From Vitrella brassicaformis CCMP3155 (lineage: Eukaryota; Protista; Chromerida), in assembly GCA_001179505.1 (NCBI GenBank), contig CDMY01000481.1, positions 1 through 64,000 on the forward strand: 64,000 bases of DNA, read 5' to 3'. The position numbers and the translations under genes were made by a program. Under the pieces are notes generated by a model. The model was not told the DNA's origin and did not search any database. It worked only from the letters and a program-made list of their open reading frames with translations. The first letter of the stretch is position 1. Every line of letters begins with the position of its first letter. Of this stretch, positions 50,423 to 61,672 are shown piece after piece.

Positions 50423-51207
50423 TCAGTCGTCCTCCTCCTCCTCGTCTCCCGTGCTGGCGTCCTCCATCTCCGCATCGCTCTCGTCGCTTTCCTCGTCGTC
50501 TGAGGGCTCCTCGTCTGTGAAGAGCTCTACCTTGAGTGTCTCATCGACGGCCTCCTCGAGGTCGGAGGACCTGCATGCGCAGGTGTGCGCACACAAACAT
50601 TCATGATATACACGCACTCCAAGTCCACACGTGCACCTGCGCACAGAGAGATTCATCATATACACGCACTCCAAGTCCACACGTGCATGCGCAGGTGTGC
50701 GCACAGAGACATTCATCATATACACGCACTCCAAGTCCACACGCGCATGCGCAGGTGTGCGCACACAAACATTCATGATATACACGCACTCCAAGTCGAC
50801 ACGTGCATGCGCAGGGGTGCACACACACAGGTTCATTATGTACACACACACCAAGTCGACACGTGTGTGTGCGCAAACCCTGGTCATATACACATACTCC
50901 AAGTCGACACGTGCATGCGCACGTGTGCGCACACAGACATTCATTATACACACACATTCAAAGTCGACACGTGCATGCGCAGGTGTGCGCACAGAGACAT
51001 TTATCATATACACGCACTCCAAGTCCACACGTGCATGCGCAGGTGTGCGCAGGTGTGCGCATACAGACATTCATCATATACACGCACTCCAAGTCGACAC
51101 GTGCATGCGCACGTGTGCGGACACATCGGCAGGTTCTTCTCTTGGGTCCTCCCGGTAGATGAGGTGCTCCGCAACCATCCTTATCGACAGACCTACAACA
51201 TGAATGA
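50423..51207 (-). CDS. 3' exons of a hypothetical gene with acidic C-terminal tail
   Basis: Splicing out 50571-51122 gives ...EHLIYREDPREEPADVSSDLEEAVDETLKVELFTDEEPSDDEE...DD*. Confidence 0.55.
50571..51122 (-). repeat. 60-bp minisatellite array 3, occupying a whole GT-AG intron
   Basis: The array begins gtccgcac and ends catgcag on the minus strand; GGAC is duplicated at 50567-50570 and 51119-51122. Confidence 0.9.
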
Positions 51208-51695
51208 CCCTGTCATTCGTCATGGAAAGCGTTTCTATCGCTCATTCCAGGCATTCATCAATCCAACACATTGAATTGACCAGAGTGGGGGAGGGACCGT
51301 CAAGCAAACGAGGGAGGTGATGCAATCTTATGCCGATCAGAACGACTCTCGCTGGAATTCATTGTCACTGATGACATCAGTGATGGAAGAATATGTTGGG
51401 TTTTGATAGCAGGGTTTGTGCTTAGCTTGCAGACATGTCTTTCTATTTCGTGCATCTTCGGTGAGCGTTGGCAGCTCTCGTGCGTGTCTTGCTTGGCGGG
51501 CTGGCCATGCCCATGATGGACTCGTGCGTTGCGTGCCTTGCGTAAAGGCTTGTACGGCAGAGATTGATCCTTCTGACCACGGTGTGTGTTCGGCACACAG
51601 CAACTTCAACATGGGCGCAGCAAGAAGGTTTCTCTGCTGAAGCAAGGCTACTGCTGCTTGTATAGACTGTCCTCTGTTGATTCTGCACTGAGGCT

Positions 51696-52341
51696 ATGGC
51701 GGGCCGAGGCTTTGAGATCACCATCGACGACCAGCGTCTCACGGTTCCCGAGCTGGACGGCGACTCTCACGCGTATCTGAGCTGGACCTGGAAGGTCAGT
51801 CGGCTGCTCTCTTCCTATGCTGAGCGCGGAGTGATGCCCGAGCAATGGAGGGATGGTGAGGAGGCTGCCAACCTCACCAAGGCGACTCTGCAAGCGAATG
51901 CGACGGCAGCGAATGCGACTGACGAGGCAAAGAACAAATGGAAGTCCGCACAGGGACTGTGGCGTATCCTCGTGGGCGTCTGCAAAGGAAGAGCGGCTAC
52001 TTACCTGCAGCAGATGGGCAACACAGAGGAGGGCAATGGCGCATACGCGTGGTGGCATCTTCGCAACTGCTACCTGCGCAACAAGAACCAGATGGGCACG
52101 ATGCTGGCTCAGCAGCTCCGCTCATTCGCCTGGCAGACCCTCGAGCCTGAGACGGAGATCCTGCGCTTCGAGAGCCTGGTGAATCAGTATCGGGTGTGCA
52201 TGGGCGAGGAGCTCTCACAGCTGGATCAGCAGGCCTACCTGACTGACTCCATCCCCACCACCGAGACGAGCCTCAGCATCCTGAAGGAGAACATCCTCAG
52301 CGAGAACTTGGGGCTGGACGCCATCAAGGACCGTCTGCGCA
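51696..52341 (+). mobile_element. Copia-type LTR retrotransposon gag (UBN2/Retrotran_gag_2-like), cut by gap
   Basis: GNGAYAWWHLRNCY...LAQQLRSF...ILRFESLVNQY...AYLTDSIP pattern; intronless; no LTR or pol visible. Confidence 0.6.
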
Positions 52342-52641
52342 NNNNNNNNNNNNNNNNNNNNNNNNNNNNNNNNNNNNNNNNNNNNNNNNNNNNNNNNNNN
52401 NNNNNNNNNNNNNNNNNNNNNNNNNNNNNNNNNNNNNNNNNNNNNNNNNNNNNNNNNNNNNNNNNNNNNNNNNNNNNNNNNNNNNNNNNNNNNNNNNNNN
52501 NNNNNNNNNNNNNNNNNNNNNNNNNNNNNNNNNNNNNNNNNNNNNNNNNNNNNNNNNNNNNNNNNNNNNNNNNNNNNNNNNNNNNNNNNNNNNNNNNNNN
52601 NNNNNNNNNNNNNNNNNNNNNNNNNNNNNNNNNNNNNNNNN
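52342..52641. other. Assembly gap (300 N)
   Basis: N run. Confidence 1.
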
Positions 52642-52730
52642 ACGTGCATGCGCAGGCATACGCAGGTGTGCGCACACAAACATTCATCATATACACGCAC
52701 TCCAAGTCCATACGTGCATGCGCAGGTGTG
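52642..52730 (-). repeat. 60-bp minisatellite array 4 (partial, after the gap)
   Basis: Same unit as arrays 2 and 3; appears to supply the acceptor catgcgcag|GTGTGGTGTCG. Confidence 0.9.
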
Positions 52731-55700
52731 GTGTCGCACAGTGAGATGGCGTCGACGGTCGTGGACTCTCTGTACATATCATTCTTTGGTAAATGAAACG
52801 AACAAGCGAGCAAGAACCGACCAACGGCGTGTCTTGACGTCTCAGATTTGATCCACACGGTGGCGTATGACGCCTTTCTGCAGACGAGGCGCCGCACGGG
52901 CGACGGCGGCCTCGATGGCGAGCTGGTGGTCGGCCTGCCGCCGTCCGTCATCATGGAAGACGTATTCCCCGACTTCCATGGCTTCCAGGTCAGTCACATA
53001 TCAAAGAACCACCAGAGCAACCAAAAACGGTCTCCTGGGTTGATGCAGCGGTCCATGCGTGCCACGTTCTTCAGCCAGTCCTTCCAGAGCCAGCTGTACC
53101 GTGCACGTGAGGCCTACGAAGCGTCCGACTGGGCCCTCGCCACAACGGCCAAGCTGTGGCTGCCCCTCCCCCCTCACCTCAGCCGCACCCCAATGCCACG
53201 ATCGGTCATCGACCTGGCCCTCACACACTTCCAGCTGGGCCACGCGCCACACCCCCATGTCAGCACGCGAGGGCTCGCTGACGGCGAGGGAGACAAAGGG
53301 CCGGGGTACCGGTTGGTGACGCACACGCGGCCGTTTCTGCCGTTCTTTCGGTCGCCTGCGTACAAGACGGAGCACTACAGCAGCTGGGTGCCGGGCGCCC
53401 TGGGCGGGGTGAGGGGTTTCCGTACTGTGCGCGTCACGCAGAAGGCCTCGGCGCGCGACGAAGATGGCGGCACTTTCCGAGTACAGGTGAATGAATCCCA
53501 CACACACTGATGTTGCCCGCGTTGTCTCATGTGTGTGTCATGTTGTGCGTGTTTTGTCGGATTCGTTCCTGTGTGCCACTTAGGACCTCCTGCCGCACCT
53601 CTCAGTCACCATTTGCCGAGTCGGCTACCAGAGAGAACGGGTCGTCGATGCGAGTGAGGTGGCATGCTGCCGAGAAAGAGGAGTGCGAGAGGGGTCTTCA
53701 GCAGCCACCTGGTGGTCGAGCTACCGGCGGTCGCGAGGATGTCCTCTCCCGTCCATCTGTGTGCCCCCATCTGCTCTTCAACCTTGAAGGCACCGAGGCG
53801 TCCATCAATGGGGCCATGAGCATGCTCTTCTTCACACCAGTGGGCCGGCCATCCCCCCCCTCACCCCCGAACACCCAGCCACCCCACTGTATCAACACCA
53901 CCGTGTCAGGCGACACCGTCAAGCGCGACCCTTGTCCAGTCACTGTCGTCACTGAGGTGCCGGCGCAGCCATCCCTATCTCTCACTGACGTGGCCGAGGC
54001 CCGGATGGCGGAAAATGCCAATGGGACCGTCTTGGTTGGCGACGGGCTGCTGCAGTGCGAGATCGACTGGACGTGTCTGCGTGTGGGCGTCAACCCCGCC
54101 ATATTTGGGTGGGTCAATGTGACCCTGGCTCTGACGCGAGGAGAGGGCGAGAAAGCGCCTGTTGTGTGGCGAGGGATGAGTCGTGTGCTGCTGGTGGATG
54201 TAGAGGACGTTGTGACGGTCGTGGCGCACTCGGGGGGGCGCTGCTGGATACTCGACAGGTACGTGCGTCGGACTGCGTGTCTGTTTGTCATTCATTCATT
54301 CATGTCATCCTGTGGTCTGTGTGTGCAGGATGGCTCGATCTATCCGCCTGCTGTATCCTCGTATGCCAATCGTAGTCACATGCGAGAGGGAAGACCAGCA
54401 GGACCAGGCAGATGGTCCTGACGGTGGTCTGATAACGAAGTCGCCGCACGGCAGCATCCCCAACATGACGGTGCTATCAGTGCCCTTCGACTACGGTCTC
54501 GCGCGCGCCAAGAACCTCCTGGTCAGCCTCATCACCACCGAGTTCACCCTGGTGCTCGACGACGACTTTGTGACGTCACCCCACACATGTGTCGAGTGCA
54601 TGCTTGAAAAGATGACCAACCAGCTGCACCTTGGACACCCATTCGACATCGTACGCGTCCTCGCCATGCAAACCAACACGACAAAACACGCGTTCGTGTG
54701 TGCGTGTTGTGTGCAGGTTGGTTTCCCCATCCGTGAGGACGAGGAAGATTTCGGTGCGTTCCGCGGTGTGCTCAAGGTGGGCCAGGGCGCGGTGTACATG
54801 GAGGCGGGTGCCTGGGCGTCATACGCGGACGGCTGCCAGCGGATTGACCTGGTGCCAATGGTGTTCCTCGCTCGCACGCTGCGGCTGCGTGAGGTGCCGC
54901 TGCAGGAGGACCTCAAGCTTGGCGAACACGAGAAGCTCTTCTACATGGCCAAACGCAAGGGCCTGCAGGTGGGGAATATAGCCACTGGCGGATGCGCGTT
55001 GGCTGGAAGCTGGTGTGTTTGTGTGTGTGTGTGTGTGTTGGTGTTGATGGATGGTGTTCAGGTGGGTGTGTGTTTCGACTCTTCCTTAATGCACCTTCGC
55101 CTCAGTCCCGATGAGATTCCTGCAAGCTACGCCAGCCGGAGGAAACGATCCGGAAAGTATATGAGGTCAGTCTGAATGACCATGGCGATAATGCGACGCC
55201 CTCACCCCCCTCACCCTCACTAAATGGATGTGATTGATTTCGTCTCCAGAGACGCCTTTACCGAGTTCTCCGTCACCCGTCTAGCCCACTTCATGCGGCA
55301 GTACGCCCCCTCCTCCTCGCCAATCGACCACGCCATGCTCGCATCCGACGCCATCCCACCATGGACAGTCGACAACCACCACTGCCGCCCGGCATTCTCA
55401 TTGCCGCCCCCACACGGCTTCTCCCTGCTGCTGCTCGTCATCGTCATGACCACACCAGACAGGCGCGGACGTGACGCCAGGGACGCGCTGAGACGGCGAG
55501 GCTCGTGGTTGCGAGCCCTGGCTGTGCCGGACAACGGCATCTTCGCGTACTTTGCGATTCCGGCGCCTTCCGGCAGTCACCGTGACGGCCTGTGTGAGGG
55601 TTGGCGTGAGGTGGTTGGCGAGTATGAGGAGCATGGCGACATGGTGTGGGTGACGCTGCCGCCGACGATGGCCGAGCCCAGCCATCTGGACAGGGTGCCT

Positions 55701-56222
55701 CCCGAAGAGATGAGGCGGGCGAACATGGCTTCACGGGACGACCCAGACCAGTGCAAGCTGTTCCTGAACGAGCCGGTGATGAGGGGGCCACTGCATGGCA
55801 TGGCGACCAACTGCACCTGCACCAACGAGACACGATGGACGTCTCAGCATTATCTGTCTGTTTTGGAGAGCTTCCGGGTGATCGACAGCAACTGGGTGAT
55901 GGTGGTGCGGGACGACGTGCTTGTGGATCTGAAGCTCTTCACCGACATGATGGGCGACAAGGCCATGCCCTACTGGACCGTCGTCGCGCCCCCTGCCGAC
56001 GGCGCACCGACCCCTCCCGCTGCTCCTGCTTCGTTGAAGCCCATTGGCGTGAGGGTTGACGTGTCGATGGTGATATATCGGCGAGAGCTGTACCTGCTGC
56101 TGACGAGCCGGCCGTTGGTGGACTCGCTGAGGCATGATGATGGCAGTTTGGAGGGGTCGGTCCGGTGGCTGGACGCACTGAATGTGTATTGGACGCCGCT
56201 GCCGTCGTTTCATGTCGGATGA
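52726..56222 (+). CDS. Two-domain glycosyltransferase: B4GALNT/GT12-like GT-A domain + GT31-like domain (5' end in gap)
   Basis: VTVVAHS...MARSIRLLYP, VPFDYGLARAKNLLVSLITTEFTLVLDDDFV (compare [25 protein letters not shown]); the intron 55166-55249 joins in frame to a second domain with EYEEHGDMV and WVMVVRDDVLVDL. Confidence 0.75.
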
Positions 56223-56284
56223 CTGATAGATTGTGATGCACGTGATGGTGTGTACAGTGAGTGCTTCCTGTGTGTGCATAGATA

Positions 56285-57560
56285 GGTGGGTTGTGCATAG
56301 GTAGACAGACTACATGTGAAACCCTCTCGTTTGTACATCCATTCATCCATCCATTGGTTCATTGGCTCAGTCGATTGCTGTCGTCCTTTGCCTATCCACG
56401 CCTCCCATCCCAACTCCCTCCCTGTCCAACATGCACGCAGAAAGACACGGCGCACACACTGCCATGCACATGGATGGACACACAGAGACACGTACAACCA
56501 CACGAACCACACTGCCAGGTCAGCGGTAGAGCCGCTTATCGGGCCACAATCTGAATGCATTCATTGTGTTCACCAACATGGATCGATAAATACATCCCCC
56601 CTGCGCGGATTGAAAGCTCCCAGTGCACTGCCAGCCAGCTTTGAGTCACATTACAGACACGCACACACAATGGCAACAACCAACATAGAAATCTCAACCA
56701 CCCCATTTAGATGCAGCACCCTTCGCTCTCTCGTATATGCTCACGCACATGCATAGACACACAAACGCATGGACGAATTCTCTCCTCTCTTGTCTGAGAG
56801 CCCCACATGCACTCACTCACTGCACGCACACACATGGTTCATGCCGTGTGGTAAGCCAAGGAACTTCCTCACCCCAACAATATAATGCGATGGTAGTGAC
56901 CCGACGCATACACGCACAATACTCTGTGTGTGTGTGTGTGTGTGAATATATAGGTTGTGCATAGGTAGACTACATGTGGGCCTCTCTCGTTTGTGCATCA
57001 ATCCATCCATCCATTCAGGGGTTGAGTCGATTGCTGTCGTCCTTTCCCTCACCCATCCCTCACTCATACTGCGTTCATTCATGCGCTCAGATAGGATAGG
57101 CGCGTGGTGCTCACTGCCACGCACATGGATGATAAACACATCCCCCCTCCTCTTTCTTCGCATTATTGTGATACATATATCCCCTTCGAAGCGTGCATCC
57201 GGATTGAAAGCCCCCAGTGCACCGACCGTCACACACGACACGCAACAGCATCTCACCCACCACACAACACCGCTCCCCACCACCAGGTTTAGAACAGCCC
57301 AGTGGTTGGCTGATGCCAGCAGATGCAGCACCGCTCTCTCGTAGACGCTTACCCACACGTACACACATACATAAACGCATGGACGAATTCTCTCCTCTCC
57401 TCTCTTGTCTGAGAGCCCCACATGCACTCGCTGCACGCACACACATGGTGGGGTTGAGCTAAGAAACTTCCCCACCCCAACAATACAATGTGATGGTGGT
57501 GACCCAACACGTACACCCACATAAGACAGATACACGGAGGGTGATCGAGAAGAGCAGCGA
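56285..57560. repeat. Diverged tandem duplication, ~650-bp unit
   Basis: Paired blocks ggttgtgcataggtagac (56289/56954), ggattgaaag.cccagtgcac (56608/57201), gacgaattctctcctct and cttgtctgagagccccacatgcactc (56772/57382). Confidence 0.8.
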
Positions 57561-58042
57561 GCAACGGAGACAGACACACAGGCATGGACATCATGTACGT
57601 GCTGGGAAAAAAGCCAGATTTGCTCTCTTAGATACGATCCCAGGCAGGGCCAATAAAATCTCACTCTCAACCCCATTGGTCGGTCAATCCTCTCATGTGT
57701 GTCGTGCTATCATATATGCGCAAAAACGGGCGCCGAACACACAAGCCCCCGACATACAAGCGAAGCTCATACAAGCTCACAGCACCATCCCTCCGTGAAT
57801 AGCTATGCTCACGCTTTGCCTTTCCCGAAAGAGCGGTGCAGCACGCACGCCAAGTACCAAACAAATCAGCCCTTCCTGGATGGATGGATTAGCCAAACAG
57901 CACACAGCTCATGAAGCGCACGCGCACATGTGTAGACGACGCACACGGGCCCGAAATACAACCAGAGGGGAGCGACATGTGTGTGTCTACCGGTGTACGT
58001 AATGGTAGAGGGGTGAGTCAGAGCAGCAGCGAGCAAACGGAG

Positions 58043-58116
58043 ACAGACAGACAGACAGGCAGACAGGCAGACAGGCAGACAGGCAGACAGGCAGACAGGC
58101 AGACAGGCAGACAGGC
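58043..58116. repeat. (CAGA)n/(CAGGCAGA)n microsatellite
   Basis: Directly visible. Confidence 0.9.
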
Positions 58117-58372
58117 ACACGCACGCAGATGCGTGCGGACACACGGAAGACACTCGGTGGACAACAAACCGCAGAGGGACAATCAAAACGAAACACTCAG
58201 TGTACTACCACACACTCACCCACACGGAGGCGTTGCACGCCAGTAGAAAAACACACACCACACGCACAAGCCGGGCAGCCACAAAACCGACACCCACCAC
58301 ACGGCCCGCCCCCCTCTGCCCAGCAAGCAGCACGTGCAGAAGCAGGCCAGCTTTGGGGGGGCATTTCATGCA

Positions 58373-60896
58373 TTATATTCTGCTGAGGTCGCGCCCGAAC
58401 ATTCTGCTCTTCATCCAGTCGAAGAGGACCAACACCCGGTTGCGCAGGCTCACCTGCTTGACGAAGTACACCGAGCGCCACAGGTAGAAGCCGGCCTGGC
58501 CTGACGCCTTGATCAGGTCCAAATCGTTCGCCTTAACACACACATACACACACACACAGAGAGAGAGAGAGAGAGGGAGAGAGATGTGGGTAGTGGATGT
58601 GCTCTCTCTGGCTGGCCGCGTCCGTATCGTCACTCACCCACCTGTATGTGTGCGAGTCCCTTGTCGTTGCCCAGATAGGCCAGCATGCCGTAGTTGAAGA
58701 ACCTGAAGGGGTCGGCCTCGCGCTTGCCCAGGGTGCGCAAAAGGTTGAAGGTCTTCCTCACGCCTCCTCCGTTGTCGCCATTGTCGCCATTGTTGTCGTC
58801 GGTCTGCACGGGTGGCTGGTTGTCGGGCGTGCTCATGTCGTACCCTCTGTTCAGCATGCGCGCCAGGTAATGACCTTGCTGTGACGCCACCTGCAACCGC
58901 AACACAGAGGCGATTGGTTTGTGTGAGTGAGGGTTGGCCTTTGATCTCTCCCACCCACGCAGCCGCCAACGCACCTGTGCTGTTTGTGGCAGGATTGGTT
59001 CCATCTTGGTGCAGTCGCCCATGGCGAGGATGCTGCCGTTGGTGCCGTAGACGCGAAGCCACGGGTCGATCGTCAGCTTCTTGGAACGGGACGTCCTGAG
59101 TGGATGACGGGAGAGAGCACATTAGATACCATGCCGTGTGTGACCTGGTGGCTCACATTTCCGCCTGCACAGGCACTTTCTCGATCAGGCGCCTGATGGA
59201 AGAGGGCCAGAACAGTGCAGTGAGTATCTGTCCATCCATCAGGTGTACATGTTCCCTCCCGCCCCGCCCACTCGGTGATGTTCCTGGGCCCCGTGCCAGC
59301 CGTCCAGACGGCCAGACCATACGGCAGCTCCGTCCCATTCTGAATCAACGACGCCAGTCAGGCAGGCAGGCAGGCAGGAGTGGGAAGATGTATTGCTGGG
59401 TTTGGTGTGCTATACTTCACGTACGTTGAGTGTCATCGAGTAGGGGCCCACTGCGTTGACTCTCGTCTCCAACGCCACCTCCACCCCGGCATTCTGCACA
59501 CAATGCATCCATCCATGCGCACAGGCAGGCAATTCAGGCGTGTGTGTGTAGGCTGCGTGTGGTCTTCCTTATCGGGTTGCTCACGGTGATGACGTTAAGG
59601 CCGACGGACCGCAGGGACTCCTCGAAGACGGGCAGGATGGTTGGACCCGATTGAATCATCACCACACGCGCCAACGACTTGAGCCTGCAACACATACAAT
59701 GCACACACAGAACGGACGGACGTGTGTCAGGTACACACACGCATGGGTGGAGGAGGGGAGCTGGCTGACTTTGGGTAAAGTGTCTTGAATTCGGTCGAGA
59801 GCAGGTCATACAACTCGCCACAAAACTCCACACCAGTGGGCTGAAGATGCAGACAGACAGACAGACAGACAGACAGCACAATGGTCAGCGTCGTCGGTGT
59901 GAATGCTATGCTTCCATGAGTGCCTTTGCGCGTACCCCGCCTTCACACACGACAAATGTCAGGATGCGCCGCTTCTCCTCTTCTGTCACCTCAGGGATGT
60001 TCGCACTAACCAAAAACCACCAGCAACGATGGGAAATGTGCACGTCTTGGTCCTTCTCTGTCCCACCGACCGTTCGAATCTGTCCTGCACCGCACTTCTG
60101 AGCCTGCGGGCGTCGTCCACCTCCTTGAGGAAGTAGCAGTTCTCATACACGCCCTTGACGCCGAACGATGACGACTTGACGCCCGGCGAGAAGACCAGCA
60201 TGTCGTACGGCACGTTCAGGTCAATCTTGCTGCCTGGGAGATGCATGGTAGACGCTTCAGGAGCGTCCTGGGTTTGTGGGTGGGTGTGAGAGTTGGTGCC
60301 TGACCGTCATTTGTCTGCATTCTGGTCCTCATACGGATGGTCCTGTTCTCAGGGAAGATATCCGTGGCCTCACCTGACCAGTGACCATACCACATGCAGC
60401 AGAGCAGCACACGCGTGCGCTAGCAATCGGTGTATGCATGTCACTGACCCTCAAAATAACTGGCGTATGGGTTTGCTTTTCTCATCGGTTCAGTTATGGA
60501 TCGATACTCTACTGTGCCCACACTCGCAGCGGCCAACAGCGGGGTGAAAAGGAAGTAGTTGCGAGGCGATATGATGACAACATCAAACCTGACACACACG
60601 CATAGACACACACGTGTGGCGGCCGGCAGGCAGGCGTGTTATGGGTCGGTCTCACTTGTCAGTGTCGATTGACTTGATGAATGCGTGTGAGGACCATCCG
60701 GACCCAATCACCACTATTCGGTGCTTGCGCGGCCCCTTCACATCACCCAACTCATCCTCTGACCTGAACAAGGATTCCGAGCAGGAAGGAAGCAAGATGT
60801 GTGAGCCGTCTGCATGGCTGCTTTCTGACCTAAGCTGTCTGCTCCAGAAGAGCGACGCGTCTTCAACCGTGTCCAGCACTGCAACGAGCACGCACA

Positions 60897-60933
<37 letters not shown>

Positions 60934-61348
60934 TCACTGCGCAGCCAGTCACGAGCAGATGACAAAAACAACTTACATGAGGTGCCCACTTCGTCCACCA
61001 ATGCCATCACGCTCTCCTGCATTCACAAGCAGCCATCAGCTTTAGCTGTGGGCAGGCGCAACACCTGCCCACCTGCCTCCTTCTGTTGTCCTCGGTTGTG
61101 TCCAGGCCCCTCCCTCGCTCATCAGGGATTCGTATCTTGGTCTTTTCCGGCCGGGTCTTGATCTCCTGCATGTGCATTGGTGCTGTGGCCCTGTGCGAGA
61201 AGATGCGCCTGTAGCAGCCGGCGGGTGACGAGCGCTGAGTGACGTGGTGAGTGATGAATGAGGGACTCCTGGAGACTGCATCTGAGCTGCTGACGATGCA
61301 GGCGAGTCCTGCCAAGATCGATGCTGTCTGCGTCGTCGGCCACCACAT
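58373..61348 (-). CDS. NDH2: Type II (alternative) NAD(P)H:quinone oxidoreductase with long N-terminal leader
   Basis: RIVVIGSGW (FAD), [88 protein letters not shown] on spliced exons. Confidence 0.93.
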
Positions 61349-61672
61349 CCCTGCTGCTTTGGCCTTGGGCAGCCTTGGTAAGCGTGTCCCAAAATCAGCC
61401 GCGCAGAACCGTCTGTAAACGCTCAGGTATACGATGGATTCACAACATGCGGAACGACATGATCTGGATCTCCATCACTACAGAAGCGCCTCCGCAGCAT
61501 AACGGCATCGGTGTTTGCATGCATCGTTGGGCTGGGGGCCAAGCTCGCGGTGGAGACTGGAGGCAGCATTGCAGCAACAGCAGCAGTAGTGCCATCAACC
61601 ATGCCTTTGACGCCGGTGACAAGACCAACAGCCATCACGATTCGATGAGGGGAGGAGGAGCACACGTTCGAG

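Noticed and set aside
51600-51695. LTR or primer-binding site upstream of gag
   Set aside because: No second copy, TG...CA boundary or tRNA-complementary PBS could be identified in the window
44135-52730. Long ORFs over the 60-bp arrays (e.g. 44120-44686, 46037-47257, 50585-51274) as Cys/His-rich repeat proteins
   Set aside because: They are open in several frames on both strands because the 60-nt unit lacks stops; this is an artefact of the minisatellite
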